Assembly (NCBI GenBank): GCA_951406725.2
Contig: OX597818.1
Location: forward strand, 27,982,001-28,044,000
Reading direction: 5' to 3'
Source of the DNA: Octopus vulgaris
Taxonomy: Eukaryota
Length of the DNA: 62,000 bases
Shown here: in pieces, positions 22,799 through 34,419 of the stretch
How the letters are laid out: every line of letters starts with the position of its first letter
How positions within the stretch are numbered: position 1 is the stretch's first letter
Notes under the pieces: model-generated
What the model was told of the DNA's origin: nothing
The model's database searches: none
The model's input: the letters and a program-made list of their open reading frames with translations, nothing else
Position numbers and translations under genes: made by a program

Positions 22799-24015
22799 TC
22801 AGGTCATCACATAAGTTCAGTCCGAATTTTGAATAAAGAAAACAACTGATCAAAAATTATATTTAATTGAATTTAATCATCAATGTACTTTTCCTGATTA
22901 TCTATGACTTCCTTCCATCCGTTTACAAGCTTTTTAATCCCATCAATGTAAAACTCTTTTGGTTTCAAAGCAAAGAACTCTGAAATGTCAGTTTCGACCT
23001 CCTCTTGGCTTGCAAAGGTTATGTCCCCTAAATGATTCTGTAAACTACGAAACAAATGGTAGTCTGAAGGAGCAAGGTCAGGAGAATAAGGTGAATGAGG
23101 AAATTTTTCCCAACTGAGCTCTTCGATCTTCTATGATGTGATCTTTGCAGTGTGGTATTGTGCATTGTCCTGATGAAAGATCACTCATTTTCGATTCACT
23201 AAAGCGGGTCTTTTCTCCTTCAAAGCTTGGTTCAAATGCTCTAATTGCTGACAGTAGACTTGAGCACTTATTGTTGCATTAGGTGGTAACAATTGGAAGT
23301 GAATTAACCCTTTGCAATCCCACCAGATAGAGAGAAGAACCTTTTTCCCATGAAGTTACCTTCTCAGTTGTGGTTGAGCTTTTTCCCTTTTACCAATGTT
23401 TAACATTTCGATAGAAGATCCATTTTTTGTCACCAGTCACAAGTCTATCCAAAAAGGTTGAAATTAGTTTGCGAGAATGGAGAGAAGAGCAGATGTCAAC
23501 TCGGGATTTGTGGTTGCTTTTGGACAATTCATGAGGCACTTATTTTCCAAGTTTAGGAACCTTTCCAAGTTGTTGAAGATGATGATGAACAGTTAGTTGT
23601 ATGGTTTGAACGAAGCTTTATTGCCAATTCTTCAACTGATAATGCAGGATTTTCTTCAAGTAATGCCTCAAGGAACTTATCATCAAACTCAACTAGACGT
23701 TCTGTTCCATCTTCATCTTCAAGGCTGAAATCTCCACTTCAGAATTTTGCAAACCATCTTCTGCACGTTCTTTCATTCAAGCATTCTTTCCCATAAACTG
23801 AGTGTATGATTCAAGTCGCTTCAGCTGCAGAGTTTCCTTTTTATACTCATAAAGCATTATGTACCTCAAATGCTCTTTGGATACTTCCACGTTACAAAGG
23901 GTTTTAATCAATGCATAAAAATAATTTTTAATTCCATCAGACATTCTAAAATACTATTAAATTTCATTCACTTTTAAAAAAGGTAAAATCAGACAGAACT
24001 TATGGGATGACCTAA
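22799..24015 (-). mobile_element. Full-span mariner (DD34D-type) fossil
   Basis: TIRs TCAGGTCATCACATAAGTTCAGTC / TTAGGTCATCCCATAAGTTCTGTC flanked by TA; minus strand gives SPYSPDLAPSDYHLFRSLQNHL...GIKKLVNGW...YIDD. The joined flanks match the uninterrupted paralogous intron at ~15745-15790. Confidence 0.92.
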
Positions 24016-24177
24016 TATATGTATGATTGAAATTAAAATTTTGAAACTTTGAAAATTTCATTGCACATACAATAAACTTGTTGCTAATATTCATATGTAG
24101 CTCTGATATTTTACCCTTTTACTAATCTACACCCTTCATAAGCATATATCTTGTAAGCTTTATTTATACTAATATAG

Positions 24178-24338
24178 GTGCAGTCATGGCTGTGTGTTAA
24201 GAAGAGCTTGTTTCCCAACTACATGTTTCCAGTTTGAGTTTCACTGTGTGGCACTTTAGGCAAGGGTTTTCTATTATAGCTTTAGGTGAACCATAGTTTT
24301 GTGAGTGGATTTGGTAGATGGAAACTGAAAGAAACCCT

Positions 24339-24340
<2 letters not shown>
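24178..24340 (+). mobile_element. tRNA-derived SINE
   Basis: GGTGCAGTCATGGCTGTGTGTTAAG...GTGGATTTGGTAGATGGAAACTGAAAGAA followed by (TA)n. Confidence 0.85.
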
Positions 24341-24369
<29 letters not shown>

Positions 24370-24792
24370 GTATTACATACATATAAGAGGGAATTTTACC
24401 ACTATGTGGAAACCCTTAAGAATTGTTTCTAGAAAATTTAGCAAACACCAGAAATGTAAGTGAGCAAGACAAATGAAAAGTAACAAAAATATAGATTAAC
24501 CATAAACAAATGTTTCACTATCAATAAATTATGTAATTTTACTTACATAATTTATCTGTAGATCTTCAGTATGATCGTCTATACAAATATAATTTGCAGA
24601 ACTACACGCCAGACATCAACACGGGGTCGAAAATGCATGCAGTTCTACCTATTACATTTGTGGTTATTTTTCAAAAGTCTTCGTTTTAGCGTGCTAAATT
24701 ACCGGAAATAATACTGCATAAAATAATTCATTGCAGTAGCCTCTGTCAGTTTGAGAACGTATTAATTTAAAATTAAAATTAAAATGAGAGTG

Positions 24793-24937
24793 AAAAATTG
24801 GATATTAATTTGAAAATATCAATTTTAACACCAGTGGTCTAGCATATGTATGTAATACTATTTACTGAACCTCAGTTTCTTATATGCTAGACCACTGGTG
24901 TTACAATTGATGTTATCAAATTAATATCCAATTTTTT
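24793..24937. repeat. Foldback inverted repeat (~55-bp arms, ~35-bp spacer)
   Basis: AAAAATTGGATATTAATTTGAAAATATCAATTTTAACACCAGTGGTCTAGCATAT versus its reverse complement at 24883-24937. Confidence 0.85.
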
Positions 24938-24954
24938 ACTGCAAAGTTACAAAG

Positions 24955-26320
24955 GTTGGCAACAAGGGTATCAATGATTTCAGTGTACAGTAGGAGTCCA
25001 CCGTGGCTCTGATCTCAGTCCCACTCTTGTTTATCTTAGTCCTCCAGGCCTTAACATAGGAATCAAAAACCTGCTGTCCCTGGGAGCTCCTCTACACTGA
25101 TAATCTTGTTCTTATAGCTGAATCACTACCTGACCTAGAGAATGAATTTTAGTGTGGAAACAAGCCTTGAAATCTAAGGGCCTTCCAGTTAATTTAGCAA
25201 AAACCAAAGTCTTAGTAAGTAAGAAAACTGACAAATTACAAGACCCCTCTTGGAGATGGTCCTGTCCAGTATGTAAGAAGGGTGTTGGTAGAAATTCCAT
25301 ATAATGCACCTAGTGCAAACATTGGACTCATAAGTGGTATAGTGGCAGCACAGGAAAGTTAACAGAGAATATAATCTTTGTGTATGGCAAATGCTCAAGT
25401 ACAATAACTGTTAAAAATACGCGGACAATAAGCTCCTTCAAATGCTCGATGGGGTCATTAGAAGTAGTAGATAGCTTCTGTTACCTAGGAAACCGAGTTA
25501 GCAGTGGAGGGGAAGTTCTGAAAGTGTAGTTGCTAGAATAAGAATAGATTGGGCAAAGTTCAGAGAGGTTCTACTTTTGTTGGTAACTAAAAGCCTCTCC
25601 TTCAGAGTAAAAGGCAGATTGTATGATGCCTATGTACGTACAACTATGTTACATGACAGTGAAATAAGGGCTTTGACTACGGAGGTCTTGTGAAGGCTTG
25701 TAAGAAATGAAGCTAGCATGCTCTGCTGAATGGGTAGTGTCGATGTGCATGCATGACAGTGTAAATAATTTAAGAGGAAAACTGGGTATAAAAGGCATCA
25801 GATGTGTGCAAGAGAGAAGGATGTGCTGGTTTGATCATGTGATGTGTGCAGATGAGGAGAGCTGCATAAAGAAGTGCCAAGCTCTAGTTGTGGAGTGTAC
25901 CTTGTGGAGGGTACCTATGGATTGAAGTGGTGAGAGAGGATCTTTGGATGCTGGAACTTAATTGGGAAAGGACAAGGGACTGAGAGATGGGGTAATGTAT
26001 TGTACTTAGTAAGATGTATCAAGCTATGTAAAATCACTATCTTCCACACATACAGGCTTGTCCTTGCCATTTAAAAAGTACTTGTGCTGACTCAACACAC
26101 CCATGCTTGTGCTGCATAAATGCACCCATGCTGGTAGCACATAGTAAGCACTTAGCACACCCTGTTAAGTTGTTGGCATTAGGACAGGCATTCAACCATA
26201 GAAACCATACCACAACAGACAGTATGGGTTTGGAGAATTCCCTGATAGCCAGCTCTATGTCAAAACGTCCAACCCATGCCAACATGGAAAGCAGATGTTA
26301 AATGATTATGATGATGTTAT
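24955..26320 (+). mobile_element. RTE-clade LINE 3' fragment, decayed
   Basis: Homologous to 12050-13600 (post-RT region, zinc-finger insert, FCYLG, shared tail). Confidence 0.88.
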
Positions 26321-26438
26321 GTATAAAATATGCACTATATTTCATTATCAATTTTAATTACCTTCTGCACAACATCAAAATAGTTAAAATACACTCTCAA
26401 ACTGTAAATATGCCTGTTTTTTTAAAAATTTCTTGAAG

Positions 26439-26484
26439 CTGTTTAAGTTTCAATATGCTGGAGTTAGTGTTCCCAAATATGTAT
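26439..26484 (+). pseudogene. Damaged A-type exon copy A4 (46 nt: +1 insertion, 15-nt deletion)
   Basis: Same acceptor context (aatttcttgaAG) and a GTAAGT donor. In phase 1 it reads (A)V-stop; in phase 0 it reads LFKFQYAGVSVPKYV. Confidence 0.55.
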
Positions 26485-26602
26485 GTAAGTAGAATCAATA
26501 TTGATAGTATGCAGTATATTTTAAATAAGAATTATCTAAAATAAGAATAGAAAGCTAACAATCATAATATATATATTTCGAAGTTTTTTGGTGGAGAATT
26601 GC

Positions 26603-26647
<45 letters not shown>

Positions 26648-26651
26648 AATA

Positions 26652-27025
26652 CAGTGTACATTTAAACACATAAGAGGCATCCATCATAGGACTCCTTGCA
26701 CGCTAGTGAGAACAGTTAAATTCCAAACCACTATTAGGGATAAAATTTCGAAGGGAATGCCATTTAAAAAGTACTTGTGCTGAGTCAGCACACCCATGCT
26801 GGGGCTGCACAAATGCACCCATGCTGGTACCACATAGTAGACACACAGCACACCCTGTTCAGTAGTTGGCGTTAGGACGGGCATCCAGCCATAGAAACCA
26901 TGGCACAACAGACAGTAAATTCCGTTCGAAATTTTATCCCTAATAGTGGTTTGGAATTTAACTGTTCTCTCTAGCGTGCAAGGAGTCCTGTGATGCATGC
27001 CTCTTATATGTTTAAATGTACACTG
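26652..27025. mobile_element. Tc1/mariner-type foldback MITE (107-bp arms, TA flanks)
   Basis: TA|CAGTGTACATTT...AAATGTACACTG|TA; arms 26652-26758 and 26919-27025 differ at only about 5-6 positions. Confidence 0.85.
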
Positions 27026-27099
27026 TATATATATGAATAATATATAGTCTATTGATTAAATTTTTACTTGCTAGGCCACTGGTAATGGAAATTTCTAAT

Positions 27100-27627
27100 A
27101 TTTCTGATTACCCCTTGATGAGGCAATGACAAAAGATCGAGATCTCTGGAGATGTGCTGTGACTGCGAAGACCCGACAAATAATGTGAGTTCATGGCTGT
27201 TTCCTGCACCAGTTTCACATAGCAGCCCCAGTCCATCCAAAGTACCTTGGATCACAGAACAGTCTGCTGTGCTTACCTTGGATTGTAGGGTGACCTGCTG
27301 TGCTTGAGTAGACCTATTGAGTCAAGTACATCAACATCAAAATAAAAAATCAAATGGAAATTGTAGTTGTGATACCTGTGCTGGTGGCACGTAAAAAGCA
27401 CCAACCGATCATGGCTGCCGCAAGACTTCCCTGGCATCTGTGCCGGTAGCACGTAAAAAGCACCCACTACACTAATGAAGTGGTTGGTGTTAGGAAGGGC
27501 ATCCAGCTGTAGAAACACTGCCAGATCAGACTGGAGCCTGGTGCATCCTCCTGGCTTCCCAGACCCCGGTCGAACCATCCAACCCATGCTAGCATGGAAA
27601 ACGGACGTTAAACGATAATGATGATGA

Positions 27628-27630
<3 letters not shown>
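27100..27630 (+). mobile_element. RTE-LINE 3' end
   Basis: DRDLWRCAVTAKT C-terminus, 3' UTR and (GAT)n; inverse of 47379-48065. Confidence 0.85.
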
Positions 27631-27678
<48 letters not shown>

Positions 27679-28639
27679 TCTATGTATGTATGTATATATA
27701 TATATATACACAAATATTTTTTAAATAATAGAAGATAAAATCAATAATGATTTTACCAGGCAGCCAGTGCGGAAATAAAGCCCTTTTAAGTAAATTTTAC
27801 AAATTATTTTATAATTGTATACATAATTATAACAAGGGGTCAGCTTTATGCCTCACCACACACCATTAAAAATAGACACTAAGGTCCTTTTTACTACCTT
27901 AAAATCTCCAAGATTAATACACTTTATTGTTGGCAAACAAAAGAAAAATAATGAATCAACAAAGCCAGTTAACCATGGATGCATTTCAAACTTAAAGTAA
28001 AAATAATTTTACTTACTGTTACCCTCCATCATGATATTCCGTATAAATATGTGTAAGTATTTCAAAAATATGCACATGATCTGTGACAACGTATGTGCGA
28101 TATCCATCCACACTCACAAAAATATACTGCCAAGTATAATTCATATCTCTCTTTTAGTATGGTATTCTACTATTTCTGCTACTCAAATATAATATTTTCT
28201 AGATATTTAAATATAATAATATTAAGAGAAGCTGTTCACTATTTTCCAATGTTACTTTCATGTCAGTGATGTTTGTGAGCAGGATTGCTTGTGGGTACTC
28301 AAAACAGTAGGAGATTTTAAGGTAGCAAAGAGGAATTAGCATCTATTTCTAATGGTGCATGGGGAAGCATAAAGCTGACCCCTTGTTATAATTATGAATA
28401 TAACTATAAAATAATTTGTAAAATTTACCTAAAAGGTTTTTATTTATGCATTGGCTATCTGGTAAAATCCTTACTGATTTTACCCTCTATTATTAAAACA
28501 ATATTAGAATAAATTCACTCCATGATTGAAACTGCATTTACTGCAGTCTAAATCTTAACACACACATGGGTATAAAAGAGAGATATGAATTTCTAATGTT
28601 GCATGGTGAGGCATAAAGCCGACCCCTTTTTATAATTAT

Positions 28640-29600
28640 GTATATAACTTATCAATGAAGGAAATAAAGGTTATACTTGAGGTGAGGAAGACCGTAATTT
28701 GTCATCAAGGAAAATTTTGGACTACAAAGGACACACCAGATTGCTTTGATATACTAATGGGACTGCAAGATTCAGCTGAAGTCACAGACTTAGTCAGGAT
28801 TTATTTACTATACCTACTCCTTGAGGAACTCCCAGAAGGTGGTCTCTATAGGGATGATGCTCTATTTGCAGTTAGAAATGCCTCCAACCGTAAAATCGAA
28901 ATATGTCAGAAAAGATTATATAAATTTTTCATAAGCCATGGACTTACCATCACCATTGAGCAGGATCACACTTCTGTGAACTTCTTGGATGCAAATTTTA
29001 ACCTCACTACATCATCTTAGCAACCTTGTCATAAACCTAATAGAAATATTACTTATATATATCCGCAGAGCAATCATCCTTCTAATATTCTTGATAACAT
29101 ACCTTATAACATTGAAAATAGAATTAACTCATTATCCTCAAATGAAGAAATTTTTAATAAGCATAAAGACTATTACAATCTGGCTCTTAGGAATGCTGGT
29201 TATAAATATCAAATTAAGTACAACAAAATTAACAATGAGTTTTCCAATCATACCAACAGTTATATGGATAAGAATTTCAATAAACACACCTCAAATTCCA
29301 AACACCATCATAAATTTGAACTCCTTGGCACACAGCTTAATCTATGAAATATATTTGTAAAGATAACTCCACCATAAAACGGAAAACATTTTTAACAACT
29401 ATGGACCAATTAACAAGACTTTTACTAACTAGATTTTTACCAATACTAATATTTCTAATAATATAAGCAATTGTAACATTACAGACAGTCATTGTGAGAA
29501 AAAACATTAACATAGCTGGAAATAGTAACATGAAACAAAGTCTTTTCACAAAGAATCTTCTCTTACTTCTTCACATACTCTTAATTCCCCACACAACTGC
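28640..29600 (+). mobile_element. Penelope-like RT fragment
   Basis: FWTTKDTPDCFDILMGLQDSAEVTDLVRIYLL...GGLYRDDALF...GLTITIEQDHTSVNFLDANFNL. Confidence 0.88.
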
Positions 29601-29631
29601 ATAACCAATTTTAATGATGTTCAATATTTTT

Positions 29632-29680
<49 letters not shown>

Positions 29681-29688
29681 TAATAATG

Positions 29689-29719
<31 letters not shown>

Positions 29720-29760
29720 CAATAGCAATAATAATAAGAATAACATTAATGATAATGTTA
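29632..29760. repeat. (AAT)n microsatellite
   Basis: Direct reading; source of the poly-I and poly-L ORFs. Confidence 0.97.
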
Positions 29761-29769
29761 ATACGGGAG

Positions 29770-31355
29770 GTAAAAAGAAACCTATACCATATATTCGAAT
29801 GGGTGACCCATCTAATAAAAACCACCATACCAATAAGAAACATAATAATAACATAATTTGGACTATATTTCCTTTTACTAAAAATTTGAAATCTAATTCT
29901 ATAAAGTCTATTCATTCTTTTGTTAAATCAAATTTTAGTAAATCAAGGTATGCTGGGATATTCAATAACAGAATGATTAGATTTGGTTTTTTGGTTTCTC
30001 CTAACTTATTTAGGATTATTTATTCCTTGTATGTATTTGTGTTTGTGCATGAATGCATTTTATGTTTATGTCTATATGTGTATATGCTTGTATATGTAAG
30101 TGTGTATGTATGAATTCCCAGAACTCAAAGGCGGATTATACAGGGACGATGCCCTCTTCATAATAAAGAAACCCTCAAATAGGAAGCTAGAGCTTATCAA
30201 GAAAAAAACTACACAAATTCTTTAAAAGATTTGGACTATTTCTATTGAAAAGGAACACACCTCTATTAAGTACTTAGATGCAAACTGCAACCTAGACACA
30301 GGACTCCATGAACCCTACAAAAAACCCAACATGAACCTCAAATACATAAAGCTTCTAGTAACCACCCAACCTTTATTAAGAGAAGCCTAGTACATAGCAT
30401 TAGCAATAGAATATCACACCTCTCTTCCAACATAAATATCTTTAATAGACATAAAATTTTATAACCCTGCACTATGGAAAGCAGGATTTAAACAAAAAAT
30501 TAACTACCTTGATGCTAATCACTATACAAGTAACCCAAATAATAGAAACCCACTCACTAATACAATTAACACCAACCACACACCATACATCACCACAAAC
30601 TACACCAACAATAAGAACAGTATGAGTAACTCCAATAAAAACAACACCAATATGAACAATGCCAAGGCCCATACACAAACCACTAATAACAACAAAAATA
30701 ACCACAACACTAATACCGATAAAGTGATAATCAATAAGATTAACAATATTAACAAAACTAATAACACCAAGTAGTGAACCTGTTACATTATATTCTACTA
30801 GGCACATATGGCCTTGTTTACATTATACTTCATCTCAACCTGTTACTATTTCTTTGAATTAGATTTTTATTTTTATGTTATTGTTTACTGCACATATAGA
30901 CTTGCATACACATTGATATGTCTTTCTTTTTCTTTTTTGTCTCTCTCACTAACTTAACTATCATCATCATCATCATTATTATTATTATTATTATTTTTTT
31001 TTTTTTTTGATGGTCTTCCAAAAATTCCTCACACTGATGAGAATGACACTGGATAAATTTAATTATAATTACTATGATTATAATTTTTTTTTTACATATT
31101 TGTATTGTCTTTCAAAACATGTGTATATATTGAATCCAATTTTGTATTAAATCTAATTTTGATTCAACATCTTTTTTCTCCATTTTTAATTAATTGTTTA
31201 TGGTATATTTATACCTATAACGTAATTTTTCAGCTATTATTTTCATATTTTTATTACTTGCTCTGGCTGATTTTTATGAATATGATGAATCTTTATTAGA
31301 AATAATTTTTACTCTCTTTTTGGATCTCTCAAAAAGTTTGAATTGTTCGAACTTA

Positions 31356-31400
<45 letters not shown>
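29770..31400 (+). mobile_element. Stacked Penelope-like fragments plus 3' region
   Basis: NNIIWTIFPFTKNLKSN...IFNNRMIRFGF (29850-30030); ELKGGLYRDDALF...KYLDANCNLDTGLHEPYKKPN...SNHP (30120-30500). Boundaries are approximate. Confidence 0.75.
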
Positions 31401-31413
<13 letters not shown>

Positions 31414-31441
31414 TATATCAAATATTTAGGTAAAAAATTTC

Positions 31442-31498
<57 letters not shown>

Positions 31499-31769
31499 AT
31501 TTAGAGTATCTAAGAGATACCTCCACGCTGGAAATAGCAGCCAAAACGTGACTCCAAAAACCACATTAAATGTTCATACCACACCAAGAGAGAAGACAAA
31601 TAGACAAGATGAACTAGCAAAAAAATTACTGGATAATTCCATATCCTAGATATCTGGCTATGCATAGGAAATGCTTTGCCTCTTCAGTGGAATATACACA
31701 GATCATAACATAAATACACATATATATATACATACAACATACGAATACTTATGTACGTATGTTCACATC

Positions 31770-33004
31770 CACCCAAATGGAGTGGATGGATGAAAAGGGA
31801 GTGAAGTTATGGCTATATAAGTTCTGGTCAAAGCGTTCCGATGGCCTCCTTAAAAAAAACCTTCCCTTCTTGTGTGGGACCAGTTTCATCTCCACAAAAC
31901 AAAGGCTATTAAAGAAAGGGTGTAGAATTTGAAAGCAAAAATGGCAGTGATCCCTGGTGGTTTAACAAACCAATTATAACCACTGGATATATCAATCAAC
32001 AAGCTTTTTAAGGCATTTATGAAAGAAGAGAAGAATCAGTGGATGAGAGCCAATGATCATGACCTAACACCAACAGGTCAGTTGAAAAGGCCAACAATTT
32101 CTCAAGTGTGTGAGTAGGTCCTGAAATCATGGAACGCTGTGGATATTGAAGCAGTTGTAAAATTTTTTTTAAATGTGACATCAGTAATGCATGAGATGGC
32201 ACAGAAGATGACATTCTGCTTGAAGATTGACACTTTGGACAGTATTGATGACCTTGATGATTTTTTGGTTTTGGGGTTATGGATGACTGCAGTCAGTTTT
32301 CAGGATTTGAAGAGTGAAATATTTTCCTTATACCTCCCTCTACGTTGTTAATTGGTTCCAGGAGACATGATTTAAGTTGAAAAATGACTTAAGTCGAATT
32401 AGTTTTTTCTAGGCTAGGCCAGGCCAAATTTACTTGTCTCTTGGCTAAACCGATAATAACTATTCCCAGTTCTGTACTTTATTTATGAATACATTTTCAA
32501 TAAATACATGGTTAATAAAATCCTATTTTAAGCTTACAAACAAATAATTTTTATTTTTTAATACAGTACAGTAAAAAAAAGTAATCTAAATTTACAATAC
32601 AATTTGGCAGTGTTTACCATACATTGCAGATGCTTTATTTATGAATGTGGTTTGCAATAAGACAAGGTAAACTAAAAGCCTTTTTTATGCTCAAAAACAA
32701 ATTCAGTAAATATTACTATTTTGCAATAGTGGAAAAAACTAAATTATTTTAAATTTACCAATACATACATACATCATGGTTGTAGATGATTGTGGATCAT
32801 CAACATCAACAGCTGACTCTAGCTGTTCTTGTTTGATGCACTAAAAAAACTGGATGAGAGTTCCTTGAACTGTCTTCTTTTTGTCAAAGATTACATTATA
32901 GGGAGCAAAAGCTTTGATTTTTATTTTCCCATATATTATTTTTGAAAACCGATGTATATTCGAGAAAGACTTAAATCAAAACGACTTAAGCCGAGGTATG
33001 CCTG
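31770..33004 (+). mobile_element. pogo/Tigger-type DNA transposon, 5'-truncated fossil
   Basis: WMDEKGVKLWL...LLVWDQF; VIPGGLTNQL*PLDISINKLFKAFMKEE...LTPTGQLKRPTISQVCE*V..SWNAV; right TIR GACTTAAGCCGAGGTATGCCTG|TA. Confidence 0.88.
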
Positions 33005-33448
33005 TATTCGTACATTTAATATTTGCACACTTTTTAATCTTTTTCCATTGCAATTTAGTTGTAACTTTTGTTTTGTCATGTCCATGTGAAATTTATACAA
33101 AAGGTAATAACATGAAATATTTTTAGGATTTGAAGATTAAAATATGTTTTCTCATTTGTAATATTTCAACTGTGCAGATTTTAATCTTTGTTCTGTTTTT
33201 ATTTTGTTCTATTTGATACTTCTATTCCATATTACTCACAATTTTCTTATTGTGAAGTTTAGTTTTCCCTTTGTCTGGGACAAAAATGAAGTACTGTATA
33301 AGTGTACATGCAATGCTACCAAACTCTTAAAATACTACACCAGCTGTAGCCCCATCCACTTGCATGAATTGAGACACTGATGAAACACATGGAGATAAAT
33401 ATCAGTGCTGGGCTGAACAGTGAATAGTTGAACTGGAATATCGTAGTG

Positions 33449-33711
33449 CAGGTGTGGATTCAGAAATTTCTGGTGGGGGATGGGTCTCAGGTTTGATTCA
33501 TTGCAATTGGTTAATGAAATGAAAGTGTAATATGTTCAGAGATACTGAAAAAATTCATTTTTATACTGAACCATTCAAGGGCTATTTATTGCTGGTACAA
33601 AAATATGCTTTCCATCATACATATTTAAACAGAACATTCAAATTTGAAAACTTTCTTGATTAGTGGGGGAAGGTGCATTACCCCTATCCCTTCCCTCTGA
33701 ATCCACCCCTG
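33449..33711. mobile_element. MITE with 16-bp TIRs (CAGGTGTGGATTCAGA / TCTGAATCCACCCCTG)
   Basis: Terminal inverted repeats read directly; no clear TSD. Confidence 0.65.
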
Positions 33712-33774
33712 TCATGTAGTTTTAATATTACAGTGGGTCATAACAGTAGGTGTAAACTTTAAGAGCAAACTTAC

Positions 33775-34006
33775 CATACCATATCTCTGTACTGATGGTC
33801 CCACAAAATAAATTGGTAAGGTAGGTGAGAGCTGCCTTTTGTTAGTTTTACAGACGTGAGTGTGGGGTCACAATGGGAGACAGTCACAGTTAAGCCAACA
33901 TAAGGAATAGGGCAAAAAAGTGTTAGATGACCAGCCAAAATAAATGCTAGGAACATTTTAAGTGCTGTGCTGGAGATTACAGTGGATTTTTGTTTTTTCA
34001 TTGCAT
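33775..34006 (-). CDS. Candidate 232-nt exon (phase 1 to 2): (x)AMKKQKSTVISSTALKMFLAFILAGHLTLFCPIPYVGLTVTVSHCDP...YRDMV
   Basis: Acceptor ttttgttacttttacAG, donor GTAAGT, one open frame, hydrophobic stretch, GC above background. No family recognised. Confidence 0.3.
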
Positions 34007-34419
34007 CTGTAAAAGTAACAAAACTCAAAGTGTCAGGACCTTATATTTATGTTGGGTTTTTTTCAAATTTTTGGCTGTCAAAATTCTCAAAGATGAAGTG
34101 TCTTTGACGCCGGGAAATATTGTAAATTCTTATTAAGTTTCTTATTTGTTATTAGTTAAATTCTAAAAGCAAAAACCTAACAACTATTTGTTTTGGTTGT
34201 TTCCTGTCTCTGTTAAACTGCAAATTCTTTCCAAGTTTCTAAACTAACTTACAAAATGGAAACATTCAACTAGGAATTCTTTAACCACTAAGCATTCACA
34301 TACGTCTTCAACTTCTATACAAGGCTTGCATGTTCTTCAGAAATGGAAACCTGCAAAACATCTTGCAATTAATCTTGTTAAAGGTCACCAAAACACAACC
34401 CCACACATCTCAAGAGAAA

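Noticed and set aside
31030-31065. CTGATGA in a Penelope tail as a possible hammerhead
   Set aside because: No pairing stem II and no GAAA.
32770-32860. Minus-strand exon-like CIKQEQLESAVDVDDPQ
   Set aside because: Lies inside the pogo fossil between the transposase and the TIR.
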